Source: an uncultured Verrucomicrobiae bacterium (GTDB lineage: Bacteria > Verrucomicrobiota > Verrucomicrobiia > Chthoniobacterales > JAFAMB01). Taken from it: DNA of 64,000 bases. Both the position numbers and the translations under genes were made by a program. Numbering within the stretch: the first letter of the stretch is position 1; the number at the start of each line of letters is the position of its first letter. The notes below the pieces were generated by a model that made no database searches, was not told the DNA's origin, and worked only from the letters and a program-made list of their open reading frames with translations. The DNA is taken from the NCBI GenBank assembly GCA_963813025.1, contig CAWEXO010000008.1, forward strand, positions 32,001 through 96,000, given 5' to 3'. This document shows positions 40,953-52,164 of the stretch, piece by piece.

Positions 40953-41444
40953 TTGGACCTGAAAGAAATCAAAGCGATCATTGACTTGATGAAGAAGAAC
41001 GATCTCGCGGTCTTTAAACTCGAGAGAGAGGGGTTCAAGCTGGAGCTGGAGACGCACCGTGCGCACCCGCCTGCTCCAGTCGTAACGCTGCCGGCACCCA
41101 CTGCCCACGCGAGCGCTCCAGCCACCGCCCCCGGACCGGGGCACGCTGCCGGCACGACGCCGATCGCCCACCCTTCTGAATCTACTCCCGAGAGCGCCGT
41201 ACCGGAGAATCTTAAGGAGATCGTGTCTCCAATGGTCGGCACGTTTTACCGTGCTCCGTCGCCTGATTCGGCTCCCTACATTCAAGTCGGACAAGAGGTC
41301 GATGAAGACACTGTGGTGTGCATCATCGAGGCGATGAAGGTCATGAACGAGATCAAAGCTGAGGTCCGCGGCGAGATCGCCGAGATCCTGGTGGAGAACG
41401 GTACTCCGGTGCAGTTCGGGCAAGCGTTGTTCCGAGTGCGCTAG
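40953..41444 (+). CDS. accB: Acetyl-CoA carboxylase biotin carboxyl carrier protein
   Basis: SPMVGTFY and EAMKVMNEI. Confidence 0.96.
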   Translation: MDLKEIKAIIDLMKKNDLAVFKLEREGFKLELETHRAHPPAPVVTLPAPTAHASAPATAPGPGHAAGTTPIAHPSESTPESAVPENLKEIVSPMVGTFYRAPSPDSAPYIQVGQEVDEDTVVCIIEAMKVMNEIKAEVRGEIAEILVENGTPVQFGQALFRVR

Positions 41445-41479
41445 TCATTGTTGATTTTGGGGCAAGTCCGAACCAGCGC

Positions 41480-42839
41480 ATGTTCAGCAAAATCCTGATC
41501 GCCAATCGCGGCGAGATCGCGCTGCGCATCATTCGCGCCTGCAAAGAACTCGGGATCAGGACGGTCGCGGTCTATTCCGAGGCGGACGTCGATTCGCTGC
41601 ACGTCCAGCTGGCCGACGAAGCGATCTGCATCGGCCAGGCGCCGAGCAGCGAGAGTTATCTGAAGATCGATCGGATCATCAGCGCGGCGGAGATCAGCGA
41701 TGTCGATGCGATTCATCCCGGCTACGGTTTTCTGGCCGAGAACGCGCATTTCGCCGAGGTCTGCGCGAGCTGCAACATCAAGTTCATCGGGCCGTCGCCG
41801 GCGGCCATCCGCGCCATGGGCGACAAGAACGCCGCGCGCGGAACAGGCTCGCAAAGCCGGCGTGCCGGTCACTCCCGGCAGCGACGGCATCGTCGAGACC
41901 GAGCAGGACGCGCTCGGCATCGCGAAGAAAATCGGTTATCCGGTGATGATCAAGGCGGTGGCCGGCGGCGGCGGTCGCGGCATGCGCCCGGCGCACAACG
42001 ACGTGAGCCTGGTGCAGGGCTTTCACGCCGCGCGGAACGAGGCCGAGAAGGCTTTTGGCAACGGCGGCGTTTATATCGAGAAGCTGATCGAGAATCCGCA
42101 CCACATCGAGTTTCAGGTCATCGGCGACAGCCAGGGCGACTCGTGCACCTCGGCGAACGCGATTGCTCGATCCAGCGGCGCAACCAGAAGATCGTCGAGG
42201 AATGCCCTTCGCCGCTGTTGGACGACGGATCTGCGCAAGCGGATGGGCGCAGTGCTCGGTCAAGCTCGCCGAGTCGGTCGGTTACGAGAACGCCGGCACG
42301 ATGGAGTACCTGGTCGACAAGAAGGGTAATTTCTACTTCATGGAGATGAACACCCGAATCCAGGTGGAGCATCCGGTGACCGAGGAAGTTTACGGCTGTG
42401 ACCTGGTGAAGGAGCAGATCCACATCGCGGCCGGCGAGCATCTCTCGCAGCACGTAGCGACGGCTCGAGCCGCGCAGCCACGCCATCGAGTGCCGGATCA
42501 ACGCCGAGGATCCGGACAACAATTTCCAGCCTTCCCCGGGCAAGATCGATCTTTACTACGCGCCCGGCGGCCGCGGCGTCCGGATCGATTCGCACGTTTA
42601 CGCGAAGTACACCATCCCGCCGTATTACGACTCGATGATCGCCAAGCTGATCTGCGTTGGATTCGACTCGCGCATCGGCCATTCGCCGCATGTCTCGAGC
42701 CCTTGGCGAGTATCTGATCTCCGGCATTAAGACGACGATTCCGTTTCACATGAATATCATGCGGGACGCCGATTTTCTTCGCGGCGAGTTCGATACCGGT
42801 TTTGTGGAAAGAATGGCCAACCCCAAAAATTTGCGCTGA
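41480..42839 (+). CDS. accC: Biotin carboxylase (multiple frameshifts, probably sequencing error)
   Basis: [41 protein letters not shown] and YYDSMIAKL across frames. Confidence 0.92.
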
Positions 42840-42967
42840 AGACCGATCACTTGCGCGTAGCCGTGGACGGCCCCGGGACTGTCGGACTCTGGAAATCTGT
42901 AGCACGCGATCAACCGATTGATCGCGCGAGCGCTAGAGATCGTCTCAGAATGCCGCACTGTCCTGCG

Positions 42968-43290
42968 CCGGTAGGGCGAAAATTCAGAGAGTGTCTCGCA
43001 ACATGGCCTCGGCCCTGGTCCGGTAGGGCGAAAATTTATCCGAGCCTTAGTGAGGACTCGTTTGAGCCGGACATAAGGGGTGTGCCACCCCTCCAAGACG
43101 GCTCAAACAAGTTCTCGCTGGCGCTCGAATAAATTTTCGCCCTACCGGTCGTGGGTCAGCGGATGTTGCGAGACATTCTCTTCATTCGAGCCTTAGCGAG
43201 AACTTGTTTCAGCCGGACGCTTGGGTGAGCCACCCGCTCCAGATGGCTCAAACAAGTTCTCGCCTGGCGCTCGAATAAATTTTCGCCATG
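42968..43290 (+). repeat. REP/REPIN-like family A cluster
   Basis: Several GTAGGGCGAAAATT / AATTTTCGCCCTAC and TTTGAGCC / GGCTCAAAC units. Confidence 0.88.
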
Positions 43291-43565
43291 TTGATTCAGA
43301 GTCATGTAGCGCAGCGGCTTCCCCCAGTGCGTTGCGCGCTCCGCTCCGGAGGAGCAGAAAGAGAATAGGGCCGGTGCTTTAGCGCCGGCATCCTATCACC
43401 GCCGCGGCTCGCGCCCCGTAGGGCCGCTCTGAGTAAGATCGCGGCGAGACGACCCTGCGGCGCACCGGTGCAGCCTCAGGAATACGCCCGAGGCCGTCCG
43501 CGGTACGCGCTCACGCGACCGCGCCTCCCGGTTGACCTGCTCCAGGACTGCACGCAACCTTCAGC

Positions 43566-44213
43566 ATGCGCGCGCTGGCCGATTGTTACCTCTACGGCAT
43601 CGTGGATCTTGGCTATGCGCAGCCTAAGCGGGTCCGCGAGGTCACCGAACAGTTGGTCATCGGCGGGATCGATCTTCTGCAACTTCGGGCAAAAGGTCTC
43701 TCGATAGAACAAGTGGAGGATCTCGGACGGACGATGCTGGAAGTAACTGCGCCGGCCGGCGTTCCTTTGATCCTCAATGACTACCCAGATCTTCTCCGAT
43801 CGGTCGCCGCACAAGGATGCCATGTCGGCCAGGAAGACTACAGCGTCGCCGACGCCCGCGCTTTAGCCGGCCGGCCGTGTGTCGTCGGCAAATCCACCCA
43901 CTCCTTCGAGCAGGCGCTCGCCGCGGAGGCGGAGGGAGCAGACTATCTCGGTTTCGGCCCGATCTTTGCCACCCCGACAAAACCAACGGCCGCGCCGCTC
44001 GGTCCGGAGCGAATCCAGGAGGTAACGAGCGCGGTGAACCTGCCTGTTTTCTGTATCGGCGGAATCAACGCGTCTAACCTCGCCCGGATTAAAGCGGCGG
44101 GCGCGTCAAGAATCTGCGTGGTCTCGGCGTTGCTCCTGGCCGAGGACATCGCGAAACGGACGGCAGTTTTGAAATGTCGTCTGGGCGAAGGCGGTTGCTG
44201 CCCTGAAAATTAG
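43566..44213 (+). CDS. thiE: Thiamine-phosphate synthase
   Basis: QLRAK, LND, GCHVGQED, GKSTH, GPIFATPTK and IGGI. Confidence 0.95.
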   Translation: MRALADCYLYGIVDLGYAQPKRVREVTEQLVIGGIDLLQLRAKGLSIEQVEDLGRTMLEVTAPAGVPLILNDYPDLLRSVAAQGCHVGQEDYSVADARALAGRPCVVGKSTHSFEQALAAEAEGADYLGFGPIFATPTKPTAAPLGPERIQEVTSAVNLPVFCIGGINASNLARIKAAGASRICVVSALLLAEDIAKRTAVLKCRLGEGGCCPEN

Positions 44214-44221
44214 CGCGACAA

Positions 44222-44944
44222 ATGTTTTCAGATGTTTTCCGGACCAGGTTGGGCCTACCTTCCGGAGTGATCTCTCTTGCGTCGTTCAACGAGGAGGGTA
44301 CCTCCGGCAAGCCATCCTTCCCCGAGGAATGCCGCCGGATGGTTCGGAACCAGATCGAGAAGCGCGGCGTCACCGATCCTCGCATCTTACGGGCAATGTG
44401 CGAGATACCGCGGGCAGGCTTTGTTCCCGAAGAACTCCGAGCCGAAGCATATGCCGATCACCCGGTTCCCATCGGATTTGGGCAGACGATTTCGCAGCCC
44501 TATATCGTGGCATATATGCTTGAGGCTTTACGATTAAAGAGTACTGATCGCGTGCTCGAGATTGGCACCGGATGCGGCTATCAAACGGCTCTGCTGGCCA
44601 AATTGGTCCGGTTCGTTTACACAATTGAAATCATCCCGGCGCTCAGTGTGGGCGCGGAATCGGCGCTCGAGCGGCAAGGTTTGCACAATGTGCGCTACCG
44701 GGTCGGAGACGGATCCCTCGGTTGGTCGGAAGAATCGCCGTTCGACGCCATCATCGTTACGGCCGCACCAGCCGAAATACCTCAGCCGCTCATCGAGCAA
44801 CTTGGTGAGGAAGGTCGTCTCATTGTTCCCGTCGGGACCGCCGGGTCGCAACATCTGGTTTTGCTGGAGAGAGATGGCGGAAAACTTCGTTGTCACAATT
44901 TAGTGCCGGTCCGCTTTGTTCCCCTCACGCATTCCGGGCCGTGA
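44222..44944 (+). CDS. pcm: Protein-L-isoaspartate O-methyltransferase (start may be 44339)
   Basis: GQTISQP, VLEIGTGCGYQ, PFDAIIVTAA and VRFVPL. Confidence 0.95.
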   Translation: MFSDVFRTRLGLPSGVISLASFNEEGTSGKPSFPEECRRMVRNQIEKRGVTDPRILRAMCEIPRAGFVPEELRAEAYADHPVPIGFGQTISQPYIVAYMLEALRLKSTDRVLEIGTGCGYQTALLAKLVRFVYTIEIIPALSVGAESALERQGLHNVRYRVGDGSLGWSEESPFDAIIVTAAPAEIPQPLIEQLGEEGRLIVPVGTAGSQHLVLLERDGGKLRCHNLVPVRFVPLTHSGP

Positions 44945-44961
44945 AGAGCGTAGCGATGATT

Positions 44962-45230
44962 GGTAGGGCGAGAATTCAGAGACTGTCTCGCAACATCCCG
45001 CTGGTCCGCAACGGGTAGGGCGAAAAATTATCCGAGCTTCAGCGAGGACTCGTTTGAGCCGCCTTGGGCGGGGGCAACTTCGGCGTCGGGCTCAAACAAG
45101 TTTTCGCCCTACGATCTAGGGCGTTGCGAGACATGCTCTTTATTTGAGCCGTCTTGAGCTCGGCCTACCCCCGGGCCCCGGCTCAGACAAGTTCTGCCTA
45201 GCGCTCGAATAAATTTTCGCCTACCGGGCA
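44962..45230 (+). repeat. REP/REPIN-like family A cluster
   Basis: ggtagggcgagaatt, gggtagggcgaaaaattatccgagc, ttttcgccctac and gcgctcgaataaattttcgcctaccgg. Confidence 0.85.
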
Positions 45231-45372
45231 CAGGACCGGACAGAAGATGCAAAAACGGTCTTCCACAAATGCCTCATGAGGGCGACGTGACAGAGGACCA
45301 GTTCTAGCTAACTGGGCGAAACCAGCTATCCGCGCACCATTGACGTTGACGGCCGATCGCTGATTCTTGAGT

Positions 45373-47519
45373 ATGGCGGAGACAACGCCGGCTAATCGGC
45401 TCATCCACGAACGATCCCCCTACCTTCTTCAACACGCGCGTAACCCGGTAGACTGGTATCCGTGGGGAGAGGCAGCATTTGCCGCCGCTCGTGAACGTAA
45501 CTGCCCGATCTTTCTCTCAATCGGGTATTCCACTTGCCATTGGTGCCATGTGATGGAACGGGAATCATTCGAGAACCCGGCTTTGGCCAAGCTTCTCAAC
45601 GATCACTTCGTCAGTATTAAGGTTGACCGCGAAGAACGGCCGGATGTGGACCGCGTCTACATGTTGTTTGTGCAAAGCACGACTGGTTCAGGGGGATGGC
45701 CGATGAGCGTTTTTCTCACTCCGGATCGCAAACCCTTCCTCGGTGGCACTTACTATCCTCCGGTCGATAGCCACGGCCGGCCCGGATTCGCGACGCTGCT
45801 CCGCCGCCTGTCCGAAATTTGGGAGAACGATCGGGAGAAAATCCTCGATCAAGCCGAAGATTTTACCAAAGCAATCCAGACACATCTCGAGCAACGTCCG
45901 CAAGCTCGCACCTGGCAGGCCGATTGGCTGGAGAAGGGGTACCGGCAATTCGCCGGCAGTTTCGATCCGGATGAAGGCGGCTTCAGCTCGGCCCCAAAAT
46001 TTCCTCGCCCATCCGTGTTCTCTTTTCTTTTCCGATATTGGCGCCGGACGCGCCGCGGCGCCGCGCTCGACATGGCATTGTTGACTCTTCGAAAAATGGC
46101 GCAGCGGCGGTATTTACGACCATTTAGGGGGAGGTTTTCATCGCTACTCAGTGGACGACCACTGGCATGTGCCACATTTCGAGAAAATGTTGTATGATCA
46201 GGCGCAGCTCGCCCGCGCCTATACGGAGGCTTACCAGATCACCGGCAGCCCGAGTTCCGAGGGTCGCGGGCGGAACGCTCGACTATGTTTTGCGCGATTT
46301 GCGGTCGGTAGAGGGCGGATTTTTCTCGGCGGAAGACGCGGATAGCTTAGTGGATCGGGACACGACAGAGAAACGCGAAGGTGCTTTCTATGTCTGGAGC
46401 AGGGAGGAAGTCGACAAAATCCTGACGGAAGCCGAAGCGCGGGTGTTTCGGCGCACGTATGGCGTGGAAGCCGACGGTAATATCGCTCGTGCCTTCGATC
46501 CGCATGGAGAACTGGCGAGTCAAAATATTCTCGCCGAACAGAATGACGCGGAGACGGTCGGCAAATTGACGAGCAACGATCCGGAAACGGTTGAAAATTT
46601 ATTCGCCGACAGCCGGCGCAAGTTGCGGGAATGGCGGGAAAAGCGCCCTCGACCGCATCGCGACGACAAGATTGTCACGGCTTGGAACGGATTGATGATT
46701 TCCGCGCTCGCTCACGCGTCGCAAGTCTTCAAAAAACCGGCCTACCTGGCCGCCGCGGAACGGGCCGCGGAATTTATCCGGAGCGATTTGTATCCCGGCA
46801 GGCTTCTCCGCAGCTATCGGGAAGGTCCAGGCGCAACTGAGGGGTTCGCCGAGGACTATGCTTGCCTCATCCAGGGCCTCCTCGACCTCTACGAGGCGGG
46901 GTTCCAAATTCAGTGGTTACAGTGGGCAAGCAGGCTGCAGGAGGAAATGGACGCACTGTTTCGCGACCAAGCGGGGGGATATTTCAGCACCAGTCCGAGC
47001 GCTCAGGATATACTCTTTCGCTTGCAAGAGGACCATGACGGCGCTGAACCGTCGGCCAACTCAGTCGCTTGTCATAATCTGGTTCGGCTTGGTCGGATGC
47101 TCAATCGAGCGGACCTGGTCGAGCGAGCAGAACAGATTGCGAGCAGGTTCGGCGAAATCCTGGAACAAAGTCCCGCAGCCCTCCCCTTCCTTCTCGCCGG
47201 GTTGGAAATACTGGCAGCTGAGCCGATCCAAATTGTTCTGGCGGAACGCGAGGGACTGGGCGGCAGCGGCAATGCCTTGCTGGCCGAAGTTTATCGACAT
47301 TTTTTGCCTGAGAAGATCCTCTTGAAGGCCGATAGCAGGCCAGCCCAGCTCTGGTTAGGCGAGCAAGTGCCCGCGATCCGCGAGATGCATCCGGTGGGTG
47401 AGCAACCGGTTGTTTACGTCTGCCACAACTTTACCTGCGATCTGCCGATGGTGGATATCCGTGCGCTGGGGGAAAAGCTGAAAGCGTCGGCCAGTCCGAA
47501 CGGGCACCCTCTTCCTTAA
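45373..47519 (+). CDS. YyaL/SPATA20-like thioredoxin-domain protein (frameshifts near 46100 and 46260)
   Basis: [34 protein letters not shown] and [10 protein letters not shown]. Confidence 0.9.
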
Positions 47520-47578
47520 GAATCGGTCAAAATCAGGGTGGTGACGCGCTTCCCCGCTTTCTGGCATTCTCCGGCATC

Positions 47579-48343
47579 GTGCCTGCACCGAAAGGTCGAC
47601 AAAGAAGACTGAATACTACGCTCGAGCTACCTCGCAAGGCGGCGGAAACCGAGTTAATGATTCCAGTGCGGTGGCTAAAACAGGTCGTCGCGCTTTTTCT
47701 GGTGCCGGTCGCCTTTGTCCTGACCCGGGCATTCTTCAGCACTTTTTCCAGAGTGACCGTGCACGACGGGTTCTGGATATCGGAGGAGTTCTGGTTTTTC
47801 GCCCTTGGAACGATTCTCTGGCTGATCACGTTTTTTGGCCTTTCCCGTCCAGTACGCATGTATGTGTTCGGCCACGAGTTCACTCACGCGCTCGCGGTGT
47901 GGCTCATGGGCGGACGAGTAACGCGCTTCCGGGTCGGCGGACAGGGTGGACACATCGTGACCGATACCAATAATTTCTGGATCGCGCTGGCACCTTATTT
48001 TTTCCCGCTCTACAGCATAGCGGCCGCCCTGATCTATGGAGGGCTTGGCTTGTTTGTCGAGGTGCAGCCGTTCAGCCGATGGTTGTTTGGAACCGTGGGC
48101 TTCACTTGGGCCTTTCACATCACTTTTACGGTCTGGATGCTCTGGAACGGTCAAACCGATCTCGTCGAGCATGGCACCTTTTTCTCGATGATGATCATCT
48201 ACCTCATGAATTTTTTGGTAATCAGTCTCATGCTGATTTTGGCCAGCCGGCAAGTCACTTTCGCGGCATTCGGTCAAGAGCTCTTGCAAGGCGCGATGGA
48301 CGTTTCCGATTGGGTTCTTCACTTACTGAAAGTGAAGATCTAG
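47579..48343 (+). CDS. Membrane protein with HExxH motif (peptidase M50B-like)
   Basis: GHEFTH, IALAPY and several TM segments. Confidence 0.7.
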   Translation: MPAPKGRQRRLNTTLELPRKAAETELMIPVRWLKQVVALFLVPVAFVLTRAFFSTFSRVTVHDGFWISEEFWFFALGTILWLITFFGLSRPVRMYVFGHEFTHALAVWLMGGRVTRFRVGGQGGHIVTDTNNFWIALAPYFFPLYSIAAALIYGGLGLFVEVQPFSRWLFGTVGFTWAFHITFTVWMLWNGQTDLVEHGTFFSMMIIYLMNFLVISLMLILASRQVTFAAFGQELLQGAMDVSDWVLHLLKVKI

Positions 48344-48494
48344 CGTGCCTCGATCGGGAGGAACTAAGATCTAGGAGCTAGGATCGAGGAGCGAGGAGCC
48401 TGTAGAGCTGGCAAGAGTCAGGGTCTCGACGAAATCGTCGGAAGCGGGCAGGCCCAATCCTAGATTCTAGCTCCTAGATTCTTAGCTCCTTGTA

Positions 48495-48893
48495 CTACGA
48501 GGCCCAATGCGCCGGCAGTCGCAGCACCTTCAGATCCGGCAACTGCACCACAGCCAACATTTGCCGGCAAGTCACCAGCAGCGTTCCGTCAGGCGGCCGG
48601 GAAACTTCAAAAGAGCACCAGAACCTGGATCGATTGAATTTTTCGAGGCAGCCAACAACTTTCAGATTGTCCCAAAGCCGAGCGGGACGGCGATAATCAA
48701 TCTCGGTTCGGACCACGACGGGGCACTGCGCCTGGTCGAGCATCGAGCCGAGTTTCCAGCCCAGCTTTTCTGCCAACAGCGATCGGTTGACTTCGATAAA
48801 ACGTAAGTAAGCAAGGTTATGGACTACTCCTCCGGCATCGGTATCAAAAAACATCACCCGGACCTCTGTCTCTAGCCTTGGCTCGTTGCTCAC
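48495..48893 (-). CDS. Acyl-CoA thioesterase (4HBT/YbgC family)
   Basis: FFDTDAGGVVHN..Y...E and IDYRRPAR. Confidence 0.9.
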   Translation of the reverse strand: MSNEPRLETEVRVMFFDTDAGGVVHNLAYLRFIEVNRSLLAEKLGWKLGSMLDQAQCPVVVRTEIDYRRPARLWDNLKVVGCLEKFNRSRFWCSFEVSRPPDGTLLVTCRQMLAVVQLPDLKVLRLPAHWAS

Positions 48894-48983
48894 CGATACA
48901 GCTGAGCAGGTCGGGCGATCGCAGTCAATGAAGCGGGTGGGGCGATGGGACCCATCGGGCCTGAGACTCTCGAAGCCGATGGA

Positions 48984-49541
48984 TCAGGCTCGGCCCATGT
49001 ACGCGCCGGTCCGGGTATCGACCCGAATGCTCTCGCCCTCCTTGATAAAAAGCGGTACCTGCACCGTCTTTCCAGTTTCCATTTTGGCCGGTTTTTGCAC
49101 ATTCGTCGCACTGTCTCCCCGCAGACCTTCCGCCGCTTCCGCCACCTTTAGAACAACCGACGAGGGCAGTTCCACTTCCACCGGTTTTCCCTCGGCGTAC
49201 AAGACATCCACCGCGAGGTTCTCGGTCAGATACTGGCTCGAATCACCCAGCAACTCCGATGGCAAAGTCTCGCTATCGTACGTCTCCGGATCCATAAAGA
49301 CATAACCATCCTGATCTTTGTAACTGTACTCCAGCTTGCGCCGGGTAACGTCCACCAGTTCGACCGCTTCAGTCGAACTGAACCGGACATTGCTGGATTT
49401 GCCGCTCCGGATACTCCGAATCGTTGCCTGAACAAAGGCCCGCAGGTTCCCGGGGGTGCGATGTTGGACATCAAGAACAATGGCGACATCTCCGTGGTAC
49501 CGGATTGCCATCCCTTTTCTCAGATCATTTGCCGCAGCCAT
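48984..49541 (-). CDS. efp: Elongation factor P
   Basis: HRTPGN, GDSA and VPLFI..GE.I.VDTRTG.Y. Confidence 0.97.
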   Translation of the reverse strand: MAAANDLRKGMAIRYHGDVAIVLDVQHRTPGNLRAFVQATIRSIRSGKSSNVRFSSTEAVELVDVTRRKLEYSYKDQDGYVFMDPETYDSETLPSELLGDSSQYLTENLAVDVLYAEGKPVEVELPSSVVLKVAEAAEGLRGDSATNVQKPAKMETGKTVQVPLFIKEGESIRVDTRTGAYMGRA

Positions 49542-49546
49542 ATGAG

Positions 49547-50527
49547 TTATAAAAGTTTTAGTTTCGTTAAATCCTGGGAATCGATTATTCCGACCGGCTG
49601 ATGATCGCTATTGATGACTATCAAATCGTCTATCCGATGCTGCTCAAGCACGTTGAGAACTTCAACCGCCAGCCGGTCTCCCTGGATGGTGACCGGGTGG
49701 CGGACCATGTAGCGCTGAACTGGTTGTTTGGCAACCGCGGAATCATGTTCAAAAGCGCGCACAAAGTCGCCGTGCGTAAAAATGCCGGCCAGACGACCCT
49801 CGTCGTCGACAATTACAGCAACGCCCGCGCGTCGCTCGTTCATCGCATGGAGCACGGTCAGGATCTCAACGTCCGGTCCGACCTTAGGCATCCGCGCTTC
49901 TCCCCGCATGACATCAGAAACTTTCTGCAAGAGTACTCGGCCCAGTCGGCCGCCCGGGTGAAACTTTGAAAAATCCTCCTGCCGGAATCCCCGGGCTTCG
50001 AGCAAAACCATGGCCAGCGCATCACCGAGGGCAAGCATGACCGTGCTGCTGGAGGTCGGGGTCAAGTTGAACGGACATGCTTCCTGGTCCACTCGACAGT
50101 CCAGGACGATGTCGCTATGCCGGGCCAAAGTCGACGAGGGATCGCCCGTAAAGCAAATCAGCCGAACGGCAAACCGTTTCAGCGACGGTAACACGTTCAA
50201 CAGTTCGGCGGTTTCTCCGCTATAGCTTAGCGCCAGGACGGCGTCGCCATCGCCCACAATCCCCAGGTCACCGTGCAATGCGTTCAAGGGGTTGAGCACG
50301 ACCGCGGGTGAGCCAGTGCTGGTAAGCGTGGCTGCCACTTTGTCCCCGATCTGGCCAGACTTACCGACACCAATCACGACAATCTTATGACCGGTTTCCA
50401 GTGTAGATTTGAGAAGCTCGACAGCTTCCGAGAATTGACTATTCAGACGGTTGGCCAGGCGCTCCAGCTCATCCCGCTCAATTTGCAGGACTGCTCGGGC
50501 ACGCTCGATATGAACGGAGGCGGACAT
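49547..50527 (-). CDS. kdsD: Arabinose-5-phosphate isomerase (KpsF/GutQ)
   Basis: GVGKSG, HGDLG, SYSGET, EACP..L.PT.S, FHPGG and CBS pair. Confidence 0.93.
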   Translation of the reverse strand: MSASVHIERARAVLQIERDELERLANRLNSQFSEAVELLKSTLETGHKIVVIGVGKSGQIGDKVAATLTSTGSPAVVLNPLNALHGDLGIVGDGDAVLALSYSGETAELLNVLPSLKRFAVRLICFTGDPSSTLARHSDIVLDCRVDQEACPFNLTPTSSSTVMLALGDALAMVLLEARGFRQEDFSKFHPGGRLGRVLLQKVSDVMRGEARMPKVGPDVEILTVLHAMNERRAGVAVIVDDEGRLAGIFTHGDFVRAFEHDSAVAKQPVQRYMVRHPVTIQGDRLAVEVLNVLEQHRIDDLIVINSDHQPVGIIDSQDLTKLKLL

Positions 50528-50889
50528 TGCAGATAGAGTTGGGGAAGTTCGAGGAACTTCTAGGAAGGTCAAGCCTCCCGCGGAAAACTTATTTGAACCG
50601 GAGGTCGTGGAGTGTGCGGCTTCTCACCGCTTTGAGCCGTGCAAAGCGCGGCGTGGACCCGAAAGCAGAGAGCATATTGGAACATTCTTGGGCTCTGTGC
50701 TGGCAGGGCGATCCACCTTGGCGGACGAGCGTCAGCGAGAACTTGTTTGACGTGTCCGCCATAGCTTCGCCGAACGAGGAGCCGTCTTGGAGGTGCGGCA
50801 CATCTCCTCTCCGGCTCAAACGAGTCCTCGCCAAGGCTCGGATAAATTTTCGCCCTTGTACCTTGCCCCACCAATTTTTTTTCCCTTTT

Positions 50890-51103
50890 AAAGCCGCCCG
50901 CAAGGGCGGAACTCTGGAAGTGAAGAACTTGGCCGAGGAGGGTGGAAAACTGCCTCGCCCAGAGGTCGGTAGAACCTGTCCGGTAGATTAGTCCACCCTT
51001 CCTCGTGCCGCACCTGCATAAGACCGTACCGTATCTTAGGCCGTTCCAAACAGGGTTGGAACATAAGCCCGTGTTCACAAGGCTCTGTCAGCAGGCGCGC
51101 GCC
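50890..51103 (+). ncRNA. Putative IS110 bridge RNA, copy 2
   Basis: Hairpin 50894-50909; target guides 50953-50960 and 50978-50986; donor guides 51028-51036 and 51077-51081. Confidence 0.85.
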
Positions 51104-51151
51104 CAAGCGCTTCATCAAACAAAGAACCAATTCAACGCGAATTCCTCTCTG

Positions 51152-52162
51152 ATGAAAAAACGCTACTGCATGGGTATTGATATGGCAAAAGCAAGCTTTG
51201 ACTTTTGCCTGCTCTCCAAGAATGGCACTCGCCTGTGGCGGGGAAAGTTCAGCAATGATGCGACCGGCATTGGAGCATTTTTAGCCCAACTCCAGGCCCG
51301 CTCTTGGCCGCTCTCCCAGATCCACTTCGCCCTGGAAGCCACCGGGGTCTACGGGAAGAGATTGATCGCCGCTCTGCACCAAGCAGGCTTGGCGGTCAGC
51401 GTGCTCAATCCCGCCCAAGTCAAATACTTTGCTTTCTCGGTCCTGCGCCGCACCAAAAATGATCGGGTTGATGCGGCCATCATTGCCCAGTTTTGTCTGG
51501 AGCGAAAACCACTGGCCACTCGGCCGCTGCGCCCCCTTGAGGAAGAATTCAAACTGCTGGTGCGGGAGCGCGAAAGCCGGGTTGGCGAGCTCATCCGGGA
51601 ACAGAACCGGGTGAAAAAAGACCCTTACCAAATTGCGCTGCCCGAGCTTATCAGCCAACAGCGTGGCCAACGACTCGCCCAGCTCAAGAAAGAAATCGCT
51701 CAGCTGGAGTCGGCCATCTTCGGCTTAGTCGCGGCTGATCAGGCTTTAAGCCGCCAAAGCCAACTGCTGTGCTCTATTCCCGGCATTGCCCAGCTCACAG
51801 CCGCCAAGCTGCTGGCCGAGCTGGCCGGTAAAGAGTTCCAATCGGCTCGGCAGTTGGCGGCCTATGCTGGGCTGACTCCTTCTGAATTCCGTTCCGGTGT
51901 CTCGCTCTACGGCAAAACCACCCTGTGCAAAATCGGCAACCCTTTCCTGCGCAAAGCACTCTATTTGCCGGCCGCCGTTGCTCGCCGCTGGTGCAAACCC
52001 ATCCAGCAATGGGCCGCAGGTCTCGAGTCGCGCAAGCTCCACTCCCTGGCTATCCGCGGTGCCGTCATGCGAAAACTCCTGCACATCGCCTTCGGTGTTC
52101 TCGCTCACCAACAACCCTACAACCCTAACCTGGCCCGCCATTCCTTAAAGCAATGCCCTTGA
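51152..52162 (+). CDS. IS110 transposase/recombinase, intact
   Basis: DEDD RuvC-like domain, coiled coil and Tnp domain with SG serine. Confidence 0.96.
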   Translation: MKKRYCMGIDMAKASFDFCLLSKNGTRLWRGKFSNDATGIGAFLAQLQARSWPLSQIHFALEATGVYGKRLIAALHQAGLAVSVLNPAQVKYFAFSVLRRTKNDRVDAAIIAQFCLERKPLATRPLRPLEEEFKLLVRERESRVGELIREQNRVKKDPYQIALPELISQQRGQRLAQLKKEIAQLESAIFGLVAADQALSRQSQLLCSIPGIAQLTAAKLLAELAGKEFQSARQLAAYAGLTPSEFRSGVSLYGKTTLCKIGNPFLRKALYLPAAVARRWCKPIQQWAAGLESRKLHSLAIRGAVMRKLLHIAFGVLAHQQPYNPNLARHSLKQCP

Positions 52163-52164
52163 CA
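52159..52164 (+). promoter_or_regulatory. -35 box TTGACA at the IS110 right end (also 6190-6195)
   Basis: Forms TTGACA-N17-TACCTT only when joined to the left end. Confidence 0.75.

Noticed and set aside
41480..42839. accC as a pseudogene or programmed-frameshift gene
   Set aside because: About six scattered indels in a normally essential gene with all motifs intact, in a locally GC-richer stretch. This is best explained by a poor or mixed consensus.
43290..43565. TPP riboswitch upstream of thiE
   Set aside because: The conserved TGAGA...CCTGA...GTAGG core could not be found.
42968..45230. REP clusters as a CRISPR array
   Set aside because: No regular repeat-spacer period, units are nested palindromes in both orientations, and there are no cas genes.
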